Positions 45,397 to 54,015 of a DNA stretch of 64,000 nt are shown here, piece after piece. A model generated the notes under the pieces. It saw only the letters and a list, made by a program, of their open reading frames with translations. It was not told the DNA's origin and searched no databases. This DNA comes from an uncultured Gemmatimonadales bacterium (GTDB taxonomy: Bacteria; Gemmatimonadota; Gemmatimonadetes; Gemmatimonadales; Gemmatimonadaceae), in the NCBI GenBank assembly GCA_963850905.1, contig CAWKMU010000003.1, forward strand, positions 2,560,001 to 2,624,000. Direction: 5' to 3'. Position 1 is the stretch's first letter; the number at the start of each line of letters is the position of its first letter. The position numbers and the translations under genes are program-made.

Positions 45397-45857
45397 GGAG
45401 ACTGCCCTCTGGTGGTGGAGGTTGCGGGACTGCTCTTCGCGTCGATCCGGATCTGTCGCAGCGCGGCCGTGTCGGGTAACAACTCCGTTGGCCCCGCCGG
45501 CATCTGGTTCATTTTCAGCAGGTAGGCCACCACGTCGGCCACGTCGTGCGGATCGAGGCTGCCCGGATCGTTCTTGGGCATGTTCGTGGCAACGTAGGTG
45601 AACAGGTCGGCGACCGACTTGTGCAGCCAATACGTGGCGAACGTGGCGCCCGTGTGCGACGCCGGCGTGTGGCATCCGCGGCAGCTGCCCAAGTACACGT
45701 CCTGGCCGCGCGAGGCTTGGTCCGCGGTGTAGATGCCACTCAGCGTCGTCGTCGTCGCGCCGGCGTGCCGCGTCGAGGTATCGCTCTGCGCGCCGGCCCG
45801 ATGCCCGAACGCGCCCACCCCCAGCGCCACGGCGATCACGATCAGGCTGCGTCGCAT
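45393..45857 (-). CDS. Mono-haem cytochrome c
   Basis: Signal peptide; GIYTADQASRG, CRGCH, NMPKNDPGSL; ATGA-coupled to the dehydrogenase. Confidence 0.88.
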   Translation of the reverse strand: MRRSLIVIAVALGVGAFGHRAGAQSDTSTRHAGATTTTLSGIYTADQASRGQDVYLGSCRGCHTPASHTGATFATYWLHKSVADLFTYVATNMPKNDPGSLDPHDVADVVAYLLKMNQMPAGPTELLPDTAALRQIRIDAKSSPATSTTRGQSP

Positions 45858-45863
45858 CGGTTT

Positions 45864-45914
45864 GTAGGGGCGACGCCATGCGTCGCCTTGTAGGGGCGAC
45901 GCCATACGTCGCCC
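45864..45914 (+). repeat. Two tandem GTAG-type REP elements
   Basis: GTAGGGGCGACG-ccatg/ccata-CGTCGCC x2. Confidence 0.8.
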
Positions 45915-45942
45915 ACGGGTAGGCGCAACATCATGTCAGGTG

Positions 45943-47307
45943 TCAATCCGTCCCGGCCAGGGCGGCGCCGCCCGCGCGGCGCGCGAGCCGGCGATACAGC
46001 TCGTACGTCGCCCAGCCGGCGCCGGCGACCACGACCAGCAGCATGGCGGCGCGCATGGCGCCGGCGGCGAATTCCGCGTCGAGCGCGGGCAAGGTCAGCT
46101 CGTACCGCGACAGCACCGCCCACCGATCCAGCATCCAGTGCCAGGCCGTGTGCGCGACGAACGCCGAGAGAATGATCGTCCCCATGCGTTCGGCCACCGC
46201 GTGCCGGAACAGCCAGTTCAGCGCGGGCACGGCGAGCGCGAGGACGAACAGCTGTCCCAGCTCTACGCCCAGGTTGAACGACACCAGCGACGCGGCCAGG
46301 TGCGCTCCGGCGAACTGCATGGACTGGCGCAGCGTGAAGGAGAAGCCGAAGCCGTGCACGAGTCCGAACCCGAACGCCACCAGCCATCGACGCTCCAGGC
46401 TGGCGCCCACGATGTTCTCGATCGCCATGTACACGATCGACGCCGCGATCAACACCTCGATCAGCGGCGGGAACCACAGGGCGCTCGGCGCGAATCCGCT
46501 CGCCGACGCGATGAGTGTGATCGAATGCGCGATGGTGAACGCGGTCACGATCGCGATCAGCGGGCGGAGACGGCGGAACGGGATCACCAGACAGAGCAGA
46601 AACAGCAGGTGGTCCGTGCCGCTCGGGATGTGCTCGAAGCCGAGGAGGACGAAGCGCGCCGCGGCCTGATACCAGCTCGGGTCGAGGTGCACGAGCCCGG
46701 GATCGCCCAGGTACTCGAAATCGCGCTCGCCGCCGCCCGGCAGCACGAACCGCAGCACGGTCGTCGTGTGCACACCGAGGCGCGCGAGCGTCGGCTCGAT
46801 GGAGAACCGCGACGCCGCGTCACGAATCGGGTACTCGAGCTCCACGTCGAGCATCGCCTGATTCCACATCAGCTCGGTGCCCGTTGTAGCGGAGCCACCG
46901 GACACGTGGGCGAGCGCGCCCTCGTACGTCGTGAACGAGCGGTCGGAGGGGAGCGAAACCCGGGCCGCCACGACCCTCGGCGCGCCGAGTCGCTCCGCGC
47001 CCTCGTACATGCGGAGGTCGTTGGCGATCCACACCCTGGCCGCGTCGCCCAGCAGGGTCCCGTCGGCCAGGCTGTCGAGGTCGAGATAGCCGGGGCCGTG
47101 CACCGGGAAGTTCACGTCGCGCATGGCCGCGAGCGGCACGCGCATGACCACGCGAAGCGAATGCGCCTCGGGCTTCACGAAGGCGAGCACGGTGACGCTG
47201 CTCGGAATGTCGTGGGCGTATTGCTTCTCAGGCAGCGCCAACAGGCCGACAAGAGCCGCGGCGACAGCCAGGACTGGACGTTGGAGTCTGCCCGGCCGTA
47301 GAATCAC
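45943..47307 (-). CDS. HupE/UreJ family membrane protein
   Basis: Signal with AHD; GFEHI..G.DHLLF, FTIAHSITL, FGLVHGFGF, FNLGVELGQ; GTG 47307 lies 7 nt after TATAAT. Confidence 0.88.
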   Translation of the reverse strand: MILRPGRLQRPVLAVAAALVGLLALPEKQYAHDIPSSVTVLAFVKPEAHSLRVVMRVPLAAMRDVNFPVHGPGYLDLDSLADGTLLGDAARVWIANDLRMYEGAERLGAPRVVAARVSLPSDRSFTTYEGALAHVSGGSATTGTELMWNQAMLDVELEYPIRDAASRFSIEPTLARLGVHTTTVLRFVLPGGGERDFEYLGDPGLVHLDPSWYQAAARFVLLGFEHIPSGTDHLLFLLCLVIPFRRLRPLIAIVTAFTIAHSITLIASASGFAPSALWFPPLIEVLIAASIVYMAIENIVGASLERRWLVAFGFGLVHGFGFSFTLRQSMQFAGAHLAASLVSFNLGVELGQLFVLALAVPALNWLFRHAVAERMGTIILSAFVAHTAWHWMLDRWAVLSRYELTLPALDAEFAAGAMRAAMLLVVVAGAGWATYELYRRLARRAGGAALAGTD

Positions 47308-47416
47308 GGCCACGATTATATCGGCTGGTCTTGAAGGCGGACAGGTGCCGGCGGGCCCGGCGGGCCCGCAGAAAGCAGAAAGTAGTAGTAGAGAGTAGAA
47401 AGGAGAGGGAGGCCAA

Positions 47417-48661
47417 ATGAACAGACGGAGTCTATTGCTCGGTGGGTTGCTGCTCCTCGCGCCTCAGGCCCCGCGCTTCGCCGCGGACCCCATGTGGCCC
47501 AAGCCAATGCCCAACCACTGGATCCTCGGCTCGGTCACGGGCGTGGCGGTCGACGCGCGCGACCACGTGTTCGTCGTCAACCTCACCGACACCTTCAACC
47601 AGCGTACCGAGACCGGGCTCGAGTTGAGCCCGCCGTCCGCGGAGTGCTGCATGCCGGCGCCGAATGTCATCGAGTACGATGCCGCCGGGAACGTGGTCGG
47701 CCACTTCGGCGGCCAGGGCGAGGGCTACGAGTGGCCCGAGATGAACGCCGGCGTCGCCGTCGATCCGAAAGGCAACGTCTGGATCGGCGGGCAAGGCGGC
47801 CCCGATTCGCGCATCCTGAAGTTCGCGCCCAACGGGAAGTTCATCGCCCAGTTCGGCGAGGGCGCGGCCACCCCGGCGGCCGCCGGCACCCAGCGCGGCG
47901 GCGACACCGCATACGGCGGCGTGTCGCGAACCTCGGCGCCCCAGCTTCGCACCCGCGGGCCCGTTCGTGCGCCCGCGCAGCCAGCCAACAGCAACAGCAC
48001 GACGGCGTTTGGCGGTCCCGCGCGCTTTTCCTTCAATGCCGGGGCCAACGAAGCCTACGTCGCCGACGGATATCGCAACCACCGCGTCGCCGTGATCGAC
48101 ATGACCAGCGGCGCGATCAAACGGTACTGGGGCGCCTACGGCAAAAAGCCGGACGACGCCGCGGTCGCGAAGTACGATCCGTCCGCCCCGGCACCGACGC
48201 AGTTCGGCGTCGTGCGCTGCGCTGCGCTCTCCGCCGACGGCTACGTGTACGTGTGCGATTCGAACAACGACCGCATCCAGGTCTTCACGAAGGAGGGCAA
48301 GTTCGTGAAGGAATTGCGGGTGGCACCACAGACGCTTGGCGCAGGCTCGGTGTGGGACATCGCGTTCTCGCGCGATCCCGCGCAACGGTACCTCTACGTC
48401 GCCGACGGCATGAATGAGGTCGTGCACGTGCTCGACCGCCACTCCCTGACCGAGCTCACCAGCTTCGGCGACGGCGGCCGCCAGCCGGGGCAGTTCTATG
48501 CCCTCGACGCAATCGCCGTGGACTCGAAGGGCAACCTCTACACCGCCGAAACCTACGAGGGCAAGCGTGTGCAGAAGTTCACGTTCAACGGAGTGGACCC
48601 GGTAACGACGGCGAATGCCGGCACCGTGTGGCCGCAGTCGACACGGAGTGCCCGCCCATGA
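47417..48661 (+). CDS. NHL-repeat (PAL-like) secreted protein
   Basis: DPMWPKPMPNHWILG, CC.PAP, YVADGY.N.RV, NDRIQVF. Confidence 0.85.
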   Translation: MNRRSLLLGGLLLLAPQAPRFAADPMWPKPMPNHWILGSVTGVAVDARDHVFVVNLTDTFNQRTETGLELSPPSAECCMPAPNVIEYDAAGNVVGHFGGQGEGYEWPEMNAGVAVDPKGNVWIGGQGGPDSRILKFAPNGKFIAQFGEGAATPAAAGTQRGGDTAYGGVSRTSAPQLRTRGPVRAPAQPANSNSTTAFGGPARFSFNAGANEAYVADGYRNHRVAVIDMTSGAIKRYWGAYGKKPDDAAVAKYDPSAPAPTQFGVVRCAALSADGYVYVCDSNNDRIQVFTKEGKFVKELRVAPQTLGAGSVWDIAFSRDPAQRYLYVADGMNEVVHVLDRHSLTELTSFGDGGRQPGQFYALDAIAVDSKGNLYTAETYEGKRVQKFTFNGVDPVTTANAGTVWPQSTRSARP

Positions 48662-49887
48662 TCCGCGCCCGCCGCCTTCTCATTGCCGCCGCGTTGGGCG
48701 CGACCTTCGTTGCCCTGGACGCAGGCCAGCACGCCCTCGAGGCCCGTGCGCGTTCGCACGACGTTACCGCTCCGCGCTTCGAGGTCGACCCACTCTGGCC
48801 CAAGCCGCTGCCCCACCACTGGGTGCTCGGCAACGTGATTGGCATCGGCGTGGACGCCAACGACCACGTGTTCATCGTCCACCGCAACGACACCTTCGAC
48901 GCGCAGACGGAGATCGGCGCGGCACAGAATCCGAAGCTCAGCGACTGCTGCGTGCCGGCCCCGCCGGTGCTGGAGTTCGATCCTGCGGGCAACCTGGTGA
49001 ACGCGTGGGGTGGGCCGAACAAGGACTACGATTGGCCCGCGTCGAACCACGGCATCTCCATCGACAACAAGGACAACGTGTGGATCGGCGGCAACGGCAC
49101 CTGTCCGCCGTCCGGCAAGTCGGATTGCCCGGCGGGCACGATCGACTCGTTCATCCTCAAGTTCACCCATGACGGCAAGTTCCTGATGGAGATCGGCTCG
49201 CCGCACGCAACGGTGAATAGCAACGCCACGGACCACTTCGGCCGCGTGGCCAAGATCTCGTTCGATGTCGCCGCCAACGAGGCGTTCATCGCCGACGGCT
49301 ACGGCAACAAGCGCGTCGCTGTGATCGACATGGACAACGGGAAGATCAAGCGCTTCTGGGGCGCGTACGCCCACGTGCCGTCGGACTCCAACCCGGGACC
49401 GTACGTTCCCGGCGCGCCGCTCGACCCGCAGTTCCGCAACCCCGTGCATTGCGCCGAGCCCACGCACGACGGGCTCGTGTACGTATGCGACCGCGTGAAC
49501 GACCGCATCCAGGTCTTCACCAAGCCCGGCCAGTTCGTGAAGGAGCAGATCATCAAGCCTTTTACGCGCGGCGATGGCTCCGTCTGGGACATCGCGTTCT
49601 CGCGCGATCCTGATCAAAAGTACATCTATCTCGCCGACGGCAAGAACGAGCAGGTGTACGTCGTCGACCGCCAGTCACTGGACATCATCACCAGCTTCGG
49701 CGACGGCGGCCGCCAGCCCGGCGAGTTCTTCGCCGTCCACAGCATCGCCACGGATTCCAAGGGGAACATCTACACGGGCGAGACCTACGAGGGAAAGCGC
49801 GTGCAGAAGTTCGTCTACATGGGGATGGGCAACGTGGCGGAGCATCAGGGCGTGGTGTGGCCATTTGCCCGCGAAGCGGGCAAATAG
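48658..49887 (+). CDS. NHL-repeat (PAL-like) secreted protein, paralog
   Basis: DPLWPKPLPHHWVLG, CCVPAPP, NHGI, NPVHC, VHSIATD; ATGA-coupled to the previous gene. Confidence 0.88.
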   Translation: MIRARRLLIAAALGATFVALDAGQHALEARARSHDVTAPRFEVDPLWPKPLPHHWVLGNVIGIGVDANDHVFIVHRNDTFDAQTEIGAAQNPKLSDCCVPAPPVLEFDPAGNLVNAWGGPNKDYDWPASNHGISIDNKDNVWIGGNGTCPPSGKSDCPAGTIDSFILKFTHDGKFLMEIGSPHATVNSNATDHFGRVAKISFDVAANEAFIADGYGNKRVAVIDMDNGKIKRFWGAYAHVPSDSNPGPYVPGAPLDPQFRNPVHCAEPTHDGLVYVCDRVNDRIQVFTKPGQFVKEQIIKPFTRGDGSVWDIAFSRDPDQKYIYLADGKNEQVYVVDRQSLDIITSFGDGGRQPGEFFAVHSIATDSKGNIYTGETYEGKRVQKFVYMGMGNVAEHQGVVWPFAREAGK

Positions 49888-49929
49888 AGAGCAGCGACAT
49901 TGCGTAACTCTTCTCTCGGAGATCCTTGA

Positions 49930-51582
49930 GTGACTTCAAACTCCAAACTGGCCGCCGTGCTGTTTGCAGGAGCCTTCATTTTTGCGCAGGCACGCGCAGG
50001 TGCCCAGGAGGACACAACCGCACAACGCGACACGAGCGCACACAAGGGCGCGGCGACGAGCAAGAATACAGTGGAACCACCAGCGCCACCGGACGCGATC
50101 ACGCGAGGGACGATCGATGCTGGCGGCCAGCACATAGCCTATACCGCGATCGCCGGGACGATCACAGTGGGCGCGACCGATGAGGAGGACGCACAGTTAG
50201 GTCCGGACGGGAGGCCGCAAGGCGGCAGTCAGCTGGCGCTCAATGCGCCGAAAGAACTGAAGGACGCACCGCCCGTGGCGCGAATGTTCTACGTGGCGTA
50301 CTTCAAAACGGGCACGAAGCCGGAGGAGCGCCCCGTCACATTTTTGTATAACGGTGGTCCCGGCAGCTCGACGGTGTGGCTGCATATGGGATCGCTCGGT
50401 CCCAAGCACGTGGTCACGGCAAGCGATGCCCACCTGGCCGGCGCGCCGTACACGCTAGCCGACAATCCTTACACACTGCTCGATGTGAGCGACCTGGTTT
50501 TCATCGATATGCCTGGCACGGGCTTCGGGCGTCTGCTCGGCAAAGAGCCTGGCAAAGCATTCTGGGGCCTGGATCAGGATGCAAATGCTTATACGCGGTT
50601 CATCGCGCGGTTTCTCTCTAAGTACGGCCGCTGGAACTCGCCCAAGTACCTCTTTGGTGAGAGCTACGGCACCACCCGCTCGGCTGTGCTGGCTGCCGAC
50701 CTGCAACGCAAGAGCATCGACCTGAATGGCGTGATGCTGCTTTCACAGATCTTCAACTTCACCGACGATATCGACTTCCCAGCCGACAATTCCATCTCGG
50801 ATCTCGCGTCCCAGTTGGGGCTGCCCACGTTCGCAGCCACGGCGTGGTATCACAAGAAGCTGCCGCAGCAGCCTGCTGCGCTCGAGTCGTTCCTAACCGA
50901 GGTGGAGCAGTTCGCCATGGGGCCCTATGCGCACGCACTGGCGCAGGGCACCGATTTGAGCACTTCCGAGGAGCAGCAGGTCGCCGAGAAGCTGCACCAG
51001 TATACGGGCCTGCCCGCCGCTTATTGGGTCAAGGCGAACCTTCGGGCGAACGGCGGGGAGTTTCGTAAGATGTTGCAGGACAGCAACGACGTGACAACCG
51101 GCCGGCTCGATACACGCTTCTCCGGTCCGGATCTCGACCCGTTGAGCGAGACCGGGCAGTACGACCCGCAAAGCGCGGCGATCGGGTCGGCGTACATCGC
51201 GCTGTTCAACGATTATGTCCGCAAGGTCTTGAAGTATGGTGAGGGACAGACGTATCTGCCGTCGGCGCTATTCAACGGCGCGCACTGGCAGTGGAGAGAG
51301 ACGAACAGTGAGGCCGGGGCGAACGTCTCAGGTGATTTGGCGCGAGCGATGAAGATGAATCCGCGGCTGAAGGTGATGGTGAACGGCGGCTACTTCGACC
51401 TGGCCACACCGTTCTTCACCGCAGAATACGAAGACAAACATCTGCCCATTCCACAGTCACTCGCGAAGAACATCGAGTACGACTGGTACGAGTCGGGACA
51501 CATGGTTTACGTGCGGGACCAGAGCCTGAAGCAACTGCACGATCGCGCGGCGGCGTTCATCACAAACAGCGCGAAGGGATGA
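49930..51582 (+). CDS. S10 family serine carboxypeptidase, secreted
   Basis: NGGPGSS, FID.PGTGF, GESYG, GYFDLATP, YESGHM. Confidence 0.92.
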   Translation: MTSNSKLAAVLFAGAFIFAQARAGAQEDTTAQRDTSAHKGAATSKNTVEPPAPPDAITRGTIDAGGQHIAYTAIAGTITVGATDEEDAQLGPDGRPQGGSQLALNAPKELKDAPPVARMFYVAYFKTGTKPEERPVTFLYNGGPGSSTVWLHMGSLGPKHVVTASDAHLAGAPYTLADNPYTLLDVSDLVFIDMPGTGFGRLLGKEPGKAFWGLDQDANAYTRFIARFLSKYGRWNSPKYLFGESYGTTRSAVLAADLQRKSIDLNGVMLLSQIFNFTDDIDFPADNSISDLASQLGLPTFAATAWYHKKLPQQPAALESFLTEVEQFAMGPYAHALAQGTDLSTSEEQQVAEKLHQYTGLPAAYWVKANLRANGGEFRKMLQDSNDVTTGRLDTRFSGPDLDPLSETGQYDPQSAAIGSAYIALFNDYVRKVLKYGEGQTYLPSALFNGAHWQWRETNSEAGANVSGDLARAMKMNPRLKVMVNGGYFDLATPFFTAEYEDKHLPIPQSLAKNIEYDWYESGHMVYVRDQSLKQLHDRAAAFITNSAKG

Positions 51583-51731
51583 GGCTGCGCGCCGGCCACC
51601 GGCCTGCGGTGCTCGACGTGGTGGGCCTTTACGCGGCCACTGTTAGGGGTCGCGCGCGGGCTATCCGCTGAGCGCCGTTGGATGCGCCCTTTGCTTATTG
51701 CCAGACTGACACCTGACACGTGAGCCAGGTG

Positions 51732-52127
51732 TCAGTGAACCACGACTACGCCGCTAATGTTGTGGATCAGGCAATGATAGGTGAACGTGCCAGCGGTCGT
51801 AAACGTCCGCGAGATGTTGGTGTTCGAGGAGGCCGGGATGCTGTCCGGCGCATTGGCGACAGCGTCGAAGTGCACGTTGTGCGTCACGCTCCCAAATTGG
51901 TAGGTCACCGCCGTCCCGGCGGCGACGCTATCTGGCGTCGGGCTGAAGTAGTAATTCCCACCAGACCCGTAGGCGCCGCCGGTCGTTGTCGAGCTGGCAA
52001 TGATCGTGCTGCTCGCGCCGCCCATCGTGCCACCCGTTGGCGCGGTGCTGCTGCTGCTGCAGGCAACGCCGTTTGCAAGGAGCACGAGTGCCGGTACGAC
52101 CCAAGTCCGCTGTGAGCGCATCGTCAT
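51732..52127 (-). CDS. Cupredoxin (plastocyanin-like) lipoprotein
   Basis: Lipobox GVAC; FSP, HNVHF, GTFTYHCLIH. Confidence 0.8.
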   Translation of the reverse strand: MTMRSQRTWVVPALVLLANGVACSSSSTAPTGGTMGGASSTIIASSTTTGGAYGSGGNYYFSPTPDSVAAGTAVTYQFGSVTHNVHFDAVANAPDSIPASSNTNISRTFTTAGTFTYHCLIHNISGVVVVH

Positions 52128-52428
52128 CACTCCCCCTGGATAGTGTCGTGCATTTGAGCCGTGATCTGCAGGTCGCCAAGGCGCGCGTCGCGGTCTCGTG
52201 TCTCGGCCTCCATTGAGCGGGCAAGCCAACGAAATCCTGTCGGGTGTGGGACGAACGCCCGATATGCTGGGGTGAAGGGAAGGGTGGTGAGGGTGAGAGG
52301 AGACTGGGCGTCGGATGAGTCTGCCACTCACTATCCTGGCGAAAGGGATGCTCGCCATCCGGGGTTACTCTCTCTGAGTCGTGACCGGACGGTACTGCAG
52401 AAGCCGCCGTGCCTCGATAAAGACTCCC

Positions 52429-53349
52429 TCACGGAACCGCGGCGTGAGCCGTTTCGGTCGCATACGACCCGTGCTCGAGATCTTCGAGAATCGTCGGTCG
52501 GCTGGGCCGCCAACCGAGACGCGAGCGCGCATGCTCCGAACTCAGTCGCTGGTCCAAAACCAGGGCGTCAGCCAGCGGACCCAGAGTGGCGCGCGCCTCC
52601 TCGTAGGGCCAACTGACCGTGCGCCCGTTCAAGCCAGCGCCGAAACTTGCTGCCTTCGCCATATCTCGGACTCGATAGGCCGTCGCATCCGCGCCGTTGA
52701 AGACCTCGCCCGCTTCGGCGTCGGCGAACGCCAACGCGAAGAGATCCCCAAGGTCATCGACGTGTACCACAGGCCAATGATTCTCGCCCGTCCCGACGAA
52801 GCGCACCGCGCCGAGTTGGTGCGCGGAATTGAAGAACAGCGAAGGCAGACCTGCGCCGTGACCGTACGCATCTCCTGGGCGGATGACCACTCCTCGGACG
52901 CCCTGCTCGCTGGCGGTCCGCACGATGTGCTCGAGCGCCGGACGCGTGACGACAATGTCCGGCGGATTGGGCGGTGCCGATTCGTCAACTGCGCGACCTT
53001 GCGTCGAGCCGTAGTACCATGCACCGCTCGTGAAGACGAGCGGGCGCTGCGATCCGGCGAACGCGCCGATGAGAGCCTCGAGCGCTCCACGCTCGACGGC
53101 GAATGGGTCCTCCTTCGGAGTTCCTCGAAACGCTACGGCGTAGATCGCGCCATCGGTCCCCGCGGCGGCCGCTTTGAGCGCAGCCGGGTCTCGAATATCC
53201 GCCTTCACCGCGCGGTCGCCGCGGGCCTCGAGCGTCGCGACCACCTTCGCGTCTTGCACAGTGCCGATGACTTCGTACCCCTTGGCCCGCAGTGCTCGAC
53301 TTACCCCACTGCCGACGTAGCCAGCCGCTCCGATCACAAGGGCTTTCAT
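52429..53349 (-). CDS. NAD-dependent epimerase/dehydratase (atypical SDR)
   Basis: GGAGG RBS; GAAGYVG, FTSG, IRP..YG, VHVDDL, LGWRP. Confidence 0.88.
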   Translation of the reverse strand: MKALVIGAAGYVGSGVSRALRAKGYEVIGTVQDAKVVATLEARGDRAVKADIRDPAALKAAAAGTDGAIYAVAFRGTPKEDPFAVERGALEALIGAFAGSQRPLVFTSGAWYYGSTQGRAVDESAPPNPPDIVVTRPALEHIVRTASEQGVRGVVIRPGDAYGHGAGLPSLFFNSAHQLGAVRFVGTGENHWPVVHVDDLGDLFALAFADAEAGEVFNGADATAYRVRDMAKAASFGAGLNGRTVSWPYEEARATLGPLADALVLDQRLSSEHARSRLGWRPSRPTILEDLEHGSYATETAHAAVP

Positions 53350-53679
53350 GGATGATCCTCCGTCTGGTGCTGTGCGGTTCGCTGCCGGATAGCCCGAGCT
53401 GAGGGGCTTCTGTGGGATGGTCTCTGGTGGGCGGATGACGACCCGGCTCGGGACTTTAGTGCGACCAGAAGCGCTTGTCCCTGCAAGTAGCGGGCGCCCG
53501 CGATGCACGAGCCCGTCTTCGCGCGCACTGCAACCGTACCGTTCGTGCGACCTCAGCCGAATCGCCCTAGGTCGACGTAAGGGCCACCACGCGGTGTCGG
53601 CCGTGGCTCGCCATTCGCGTCCTGAGGCTCGGACAGGACAATGAGCACCGCGAACGCACCAGGCGCCGGAGGATCAACA

Positions 53680-53946
53680 ATGTCGAGTCATCGCCATCTC
53701 TCAGCAGTCAACCAGCACACGCTGCACCAGATCTTTCAGCACGGCACGCCGGCACTCGAATGGGCCGACTTACTCCACTTGGTCGAAGAGGTTGGCCATG
53801 TCTCCCCCAAAGGCAATGGCAGGTACCAATTGGTGGTCAATGACGTGCACCATGAACTCACTCGGCCACATCACGACCGGATCAGTGACCCCGCCGATCT
53901 CACCTCGATCCGCACGCTCTTTGAACGGGGACGCATCACACCGTGA
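53680..53946 (+). CDS. HicA-like small protein
   Basis: GGAGG RBS; TLHQIFQH...LEWADL..L..VG...NG...RPH pattern. Confidence 0.55.
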   Translation: MSSHRHLSAVNQHTLHQIFQHGTPALEWADLLHLVEEVGHVSPKGNGRYQLVVNDVHHELTRPHHDRISDPADLTSIRTLFERGRITP

Positions 53947-54015
53947 CTTTCTCGGTGAATCAGGTCCTTCACCGCAGGCATCGTCTCTAGCGGCGTACCC
54001 GACTCCGGCGCGTCG

